Part shown: piece after piece, positions 60,316 through 64,000 of the stretch
How the letters are laid out: each line of letters starts with the position of its first letter
Numbering within the stretch: position 1 is the first letter of the stretch
NCBI GenBank assembly: GCA_002269645.1
Contig: NIVC01000440.1
Span: forward strand, 372,001-436,000
Length of the DNA: 64,000 nt
Direction of reading: 5' to 3'
DNA from: Macrostomum lignano
Taxonomy: Eukaryota
Notes under the pieces: generated by a model
Databases searched by the model: none
Seen by the model: the letters and a program-made list of their open reading frames with translations, nothing else
What the model was told of the DNA's origin: nothing
Program-made: the position numbers and the translations under genes

Positions 60316-63300
60316 TTCGACGAGGTACACCAGGCGATCAGGGTCAACTTCCGGCGCTTCGACAGTCGCGGCGACGGTACAGTCGGTTTGGCCGACTTTC
60401 TGACTGTGCTGTCCGGATTCGGACTGCCCGCTGGGCCGGAGAGTCTGGCCGAGCTCACGATGAGGCACTGCAAAGGAGGCTGGAGCTACTCTCAGCTTCT
60501 GGACAAGCTGATGCTGAGGGGCTATGGGTCGCCCCTGAACCGCCTGCTGCTGTCGGTCAGAGGGGGCAGCGTCGGCGGCGTCGGCGGTGGACTGGCGGCC
60601 AGGATCCGCTGGCTGTGAGGCGGGGGAGCAAGGGGTGGGGGGCAGATGTGGCTGGATTGGAGCCTGCTGATGCGAAAGACAGTTTAGAAAGATCTGTAGG
60701 AATATACAGTGTAGTAGGAGGTTTAAAGGCTGTTTGATAGGACAAATGGGGAAGATTGACCGATAGAGGGAGAGAGGAGAAGGAGAGAGAGATTAGGGAG
60801 AGAGCAGAGAGATAAAAGAGAGAGGAGAGGGAGAGAGTTTAGGGAGAGAGCAGGGAGAGAGATTAGAGAGAGGAGAGGTAAAGAGACTAGGAAGAGAAAA
60901 GATTGAGTAGGGAGAGAGGAGAGGGACAGAGAGATTAAAGAGAGAGGAGAGAGAGAGATTAGAGAAAGAGGAGAGGGAGAGAGATTAGAGGGAGAGGAGA
61001 GGAGGAGAGATTAGAGAGAGAGGAGAAGGAGAGAGATTAGAGAGAGAGAAGAGGGAGAGAGATTAGAGGGAGAGGAGAGGGAGAGGAGAGGGAGAGAGAT
61101 TAGAGGGAGAGGAGAGGGAGAGAGAGGAGAGGGAGAGGAGAGGGAGAGGAGAGGGAGAGAGATTAGAGAGAAATTAAGGAGAGGATAGGGAGATAGAGAA
61201 AGAGAGACAGTCACCTAGTGATGAAAGAGGTCCCAGTAGACAGGGACAGACTAGACATTCGTGAGTTCTAAAGGCTAATGCAATATCTTATCAATAGTCC
61301 AAGGGCTTTACTTTTGTGAATCTTCAAAACCCTCAACTATGAGCTTAAATTCTCCTGATATCAACAGACTCGAAAGTTCTGAACCTTCGGGCGTTGAGAA
61401 GTGTCAGCAGTTGACAGACTCACAGTTGGAGATCAGCCTCTTAGTGTTTCTTCATCGCGAGTTCTTGCGTCTGTGGCAGCAGTTTTTGTAAGTTTAATTT
61501 GGCAGCTGCGACCTTAACCTTGACGTCAGAGGTTCACATTTATTGGGAGTTCAAGCATGGAATGTCGGGCCTAGGAGCACGTGTTGACCCTCCCTCCCTC
61601 TCCTCCACTCTTTCCCGATTTCTCCTCTATCTCCCCCCTCTGTTTCCTTTCCTGTCTCTCCTGTCTCTGCCTGTCTCCCTCTCCCTATGTCTTTCCTCTA
61701 CCCTCACTCTCTCCCTGTCTCTCCCCTCACTCTCTCCCTGTCTCTCCCCTCACTCTCTCCCTGTCTCTCCCCTCACTCTCTCCCTGTCTCTCCCCTCACT
61801 CTCTCCCTGTCTCTCCTCACTCTCTCCATGTCTCTCCCCTCACTCTCTCCATGTCTCTCCTCACTCTCTCCAGTCTCTCCCCTCACTCTCTCCCTGTCTC
61901 TCCCCTCACTTTCTCTCCCTGTCTCTCCCCTCACTCTCTCCCTGTCTCTCCCCTCACTCTCTCCCTGTCTCTCCTCACTCTCTCCCTGTCTCTCCCCTCA
62001 CTCTCTCCCTGTCTCTCCTCACTCTCTCCCTGTCCCTCTTCTCACTCTCTCCCTGTCTCTCCCCTCACTCTCTCCGTCTCTCCCCTCACTCTCTCTCCAG
62101 TCTCTCCCCTCACTCTCTCTCCAGTCTCTCCCCTCACTCTCTCCCTGTCTCTCCTCACTCTCTCCCTATCCCTCCCCTCACTCTCTCCCTGTCTCTCCCC
62201 TCACTCTCTCTCCAGTCTCTCCCCTCACTCTCTCCCTGTCCCTCTTCTCACTCTCTCCCTGTCTCTCCCCTCACTCTCTCCCTGTCTCTCCCCTCACTCT
62301 CTCTCCAGTCTCTCCCCTCACTCTCTCTCCAGTCTCTCCCCTCACTCTCTCCCTGTCTCTCCTCACTCTCTCCCTATCCCTCCCCTCACTCTCTCCCTGT
62401 CTCTCCCCTCACTCTCTCTCCAGTCTCTCCCCTCACTCTCTCCCTGTCTCTCCCCTCACTCTCTCCCTGTCTCTTCCCTCACTCTCTCCCTGTCTCTTCC
62501 CTCACTCTCTCCCCGTCTCTCCCCTCACTCTCTCTCCAGTCTCTCCTCACTCTCTCCCTGTCCCTCCCCTCACTCTCTCTCCTGTCTCTCCCCTCACTCT
62601 CTCTCCAGTCTCTCCCCTCACTCTCTCCCGGTCTCTCCCCTCACTCTCTCTCCTGTCTCTCCCCTCACTCTCTCCCTGTCTCTCCTCACTCTCTCCCTGT
62701 CTCTCCCCTCACTCTCTCCCTGTCTCTCCTCACTCTCTCCCTGTCCCTCCCCTCACTCTCTCCCTGTCTCTCCCCTCACTCTCTCTCCAGTCTCTCCCCT
62801 CACTCTCTCCCTGTCTCTCCCCTCACTCTCTCTCCAGTCTCTCCCCTCACTCTCTCCCTGTCTCTCCCCTCACTCTCTCTCCTGTCTCTCCCCTCCCTCT
62901 CTCCCTGTCTCTCCCCTCACTCTCTCTCCAGTCTCTCCCCTCACTCTCTCCCTGTCTCTCCTCACTCTCTCCCTGTCCCTCCCCTCACTCTCTCCCTGTC
63001 TCTCCCCTCACTCTCTCTCCAGTCTCTCCCCTCACTCTCTCCCTGTCTCTCCCCTCAATCTCTCTCCAGTCTCTCCCCTCACTCTCTCTCCTGTCTCTCC
63101 CCTCACTCTCTCCCTGTCTCTCCCCTCACTCTCTCTCCAGTCTCTCCCCTCACTCTCTCTCCTGTCTCTCCCCTCACTCTCTCCCTTTCTCTCTCCTCAC
63201 TCTCTCTCTGTCTCCCCCCTCACTCTCTCCCTGTGTCCCCCCTCACTCTCTCCCTGTCTCCCCTATCACTCACCAATTGGCATGACTGCTGAATAGCCAC

Positions 63301-63518
63301 TTGCTAACTTTGCATTCCACCCGACTGCCTAGGCTGGAAGATCCACAACGTTCCGGTCTCGTTCCGGCAGAAACTTATTGCCAAATTTTGTCAAAGTTTT
63401 TGCCCAGCAGAAGTTCGTCAGAATTTTCGGATCGACTGGAGAAACTGGCGAAGGATTTTGCGGCAAGTCGGGGAGCCGGCGTGAACTACGAGACGTTCCT
63501 GCAGCTCTTCCACTGCAG
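60316..63518 (+). CDS. Multi-EF-hand protein (EFCAB6-like architecture), partial
   Basis: Exons ~60316-60614, 61368-61487 and 63333-63518 join in frame via phase-2 GT-AG introns. EF-hand FRRFDSRGDGTVGLADFLTVL and degenerate LEDPQRSGLVPAETYCQIL..VNYETFLQLF. Probable upstream exons near 57150-57212, 59050-59161 and 59988-60070 are unresolved; the gene continues past the window. Confidence 0.65.
60765..61210. repeat. Degenerate (GA)-rich repeat
   Basis: Purine tract with recurrent GAGAGATTAGAG units. Confidence 0.85.
61600..63270. repeat. 23-24 nt pyrimidine-rich minisatellite CCCTCACTCTCTCCCTGTCTCTC
   Basis: About 70 units filling an intron. Confidence 0.96.
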
Positions 63519-63544
63519 GTAAGAGCTTGGGGTGAGCAAACTGG

Positions 63545-64000
63545 TCTCCGTCACTCAGACTCCGTCACTCAGACTCTGTCACTCAGACTCTGTTACTCAG
63601 ACTTTGTCACTCAGTTTCTGTCACTCAGACTCCGTCACTCCGTTTCTGTCACTCAGACTCCATCACTCAGATTCTGTCACTCAGATTCTGTTACTCAGGT
63701 TCTGTCACTCAGACTCCATCACTTAGACTCCATCACTCAGACTCCATCACTCAGACTCCATCACTCAGACTCTGTCACTCAGACTTTGTCACTCAGACTT
63801 CATCACTCAGACTCTGTCACTCAGACTTTGTCACTCAAACTCCATCACTCAGACTCTGTCACTCAGACTCTGTCACTCAGACTTTGTCACTCAGACTCCA
63901 TCACTCAGACTCCATCACTCAGACTCTGTCACTCAGACTTTGTCACTCAGTTTCTGTCACTCAGACTCCGTCACTCCGTTTCTGTCACTCAGACTCCATC
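63545..64000. repeat. 14-15 nt minisatellite GTCACTCAGACTC(T/C)
   Basis: Tandem array running to the window end. Confidence 0.94.

Noticed and set aside
61499-63296. 530-597 aa ORFs in three frames
   Set aside because: Pyrimidine minisatellite inside an intron bounded by GT (61488) and AG (63331-32).

Overview
Eukaryotic (animal) genomic DNA. GC-rich coding exons, GT-AG introns that are either ~90 nt or filled with minisatellites, and many TEs resemble the flatworm Macrostomum (inference only). Genes reconstructed by hand from splice sites: two Rac GTPase paralogs 30 kb apart (+), cyclin Y (-), a compact USP8 (-), GH35 beta-galactosidase (+), a partial multi-EF-hand gene (+), a small putative type I membrane protein with a GC-AG intron (+) and a decayed multi-CUB gene (-). 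Mobile DNA: a complete young CsRn1-clade Ty3/Gypsy element with identical LTRs, a deleted mariner, a satellite-loaded non-autonomous Helitron, several MITEs, three tRNA-derived SINE copies and about 30 tandem arrays. Most long ORFs in the supplied track are artefacts of these arrays. Strongest leads: (1) a decayed 28S rDNA fragment around the R2/I-PpoI site that shows TA-GGCC-TA to be an insertion, within a cluster of such palindromes; (2) one minisatellite family in introns of three genes, including an intron present in only one Rac paralog; (3) a MITE-related array of ~25 E2F sites inside cyclin Y; (4) an antisense LTR-like promoter cassette with triplicated AP-1/MEF2/CRE modules starting at a GLB1 splice donor; (5) sharply bounded CpG-depleted domains. 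No databases or tools were used; coordinates and counts are by eye.
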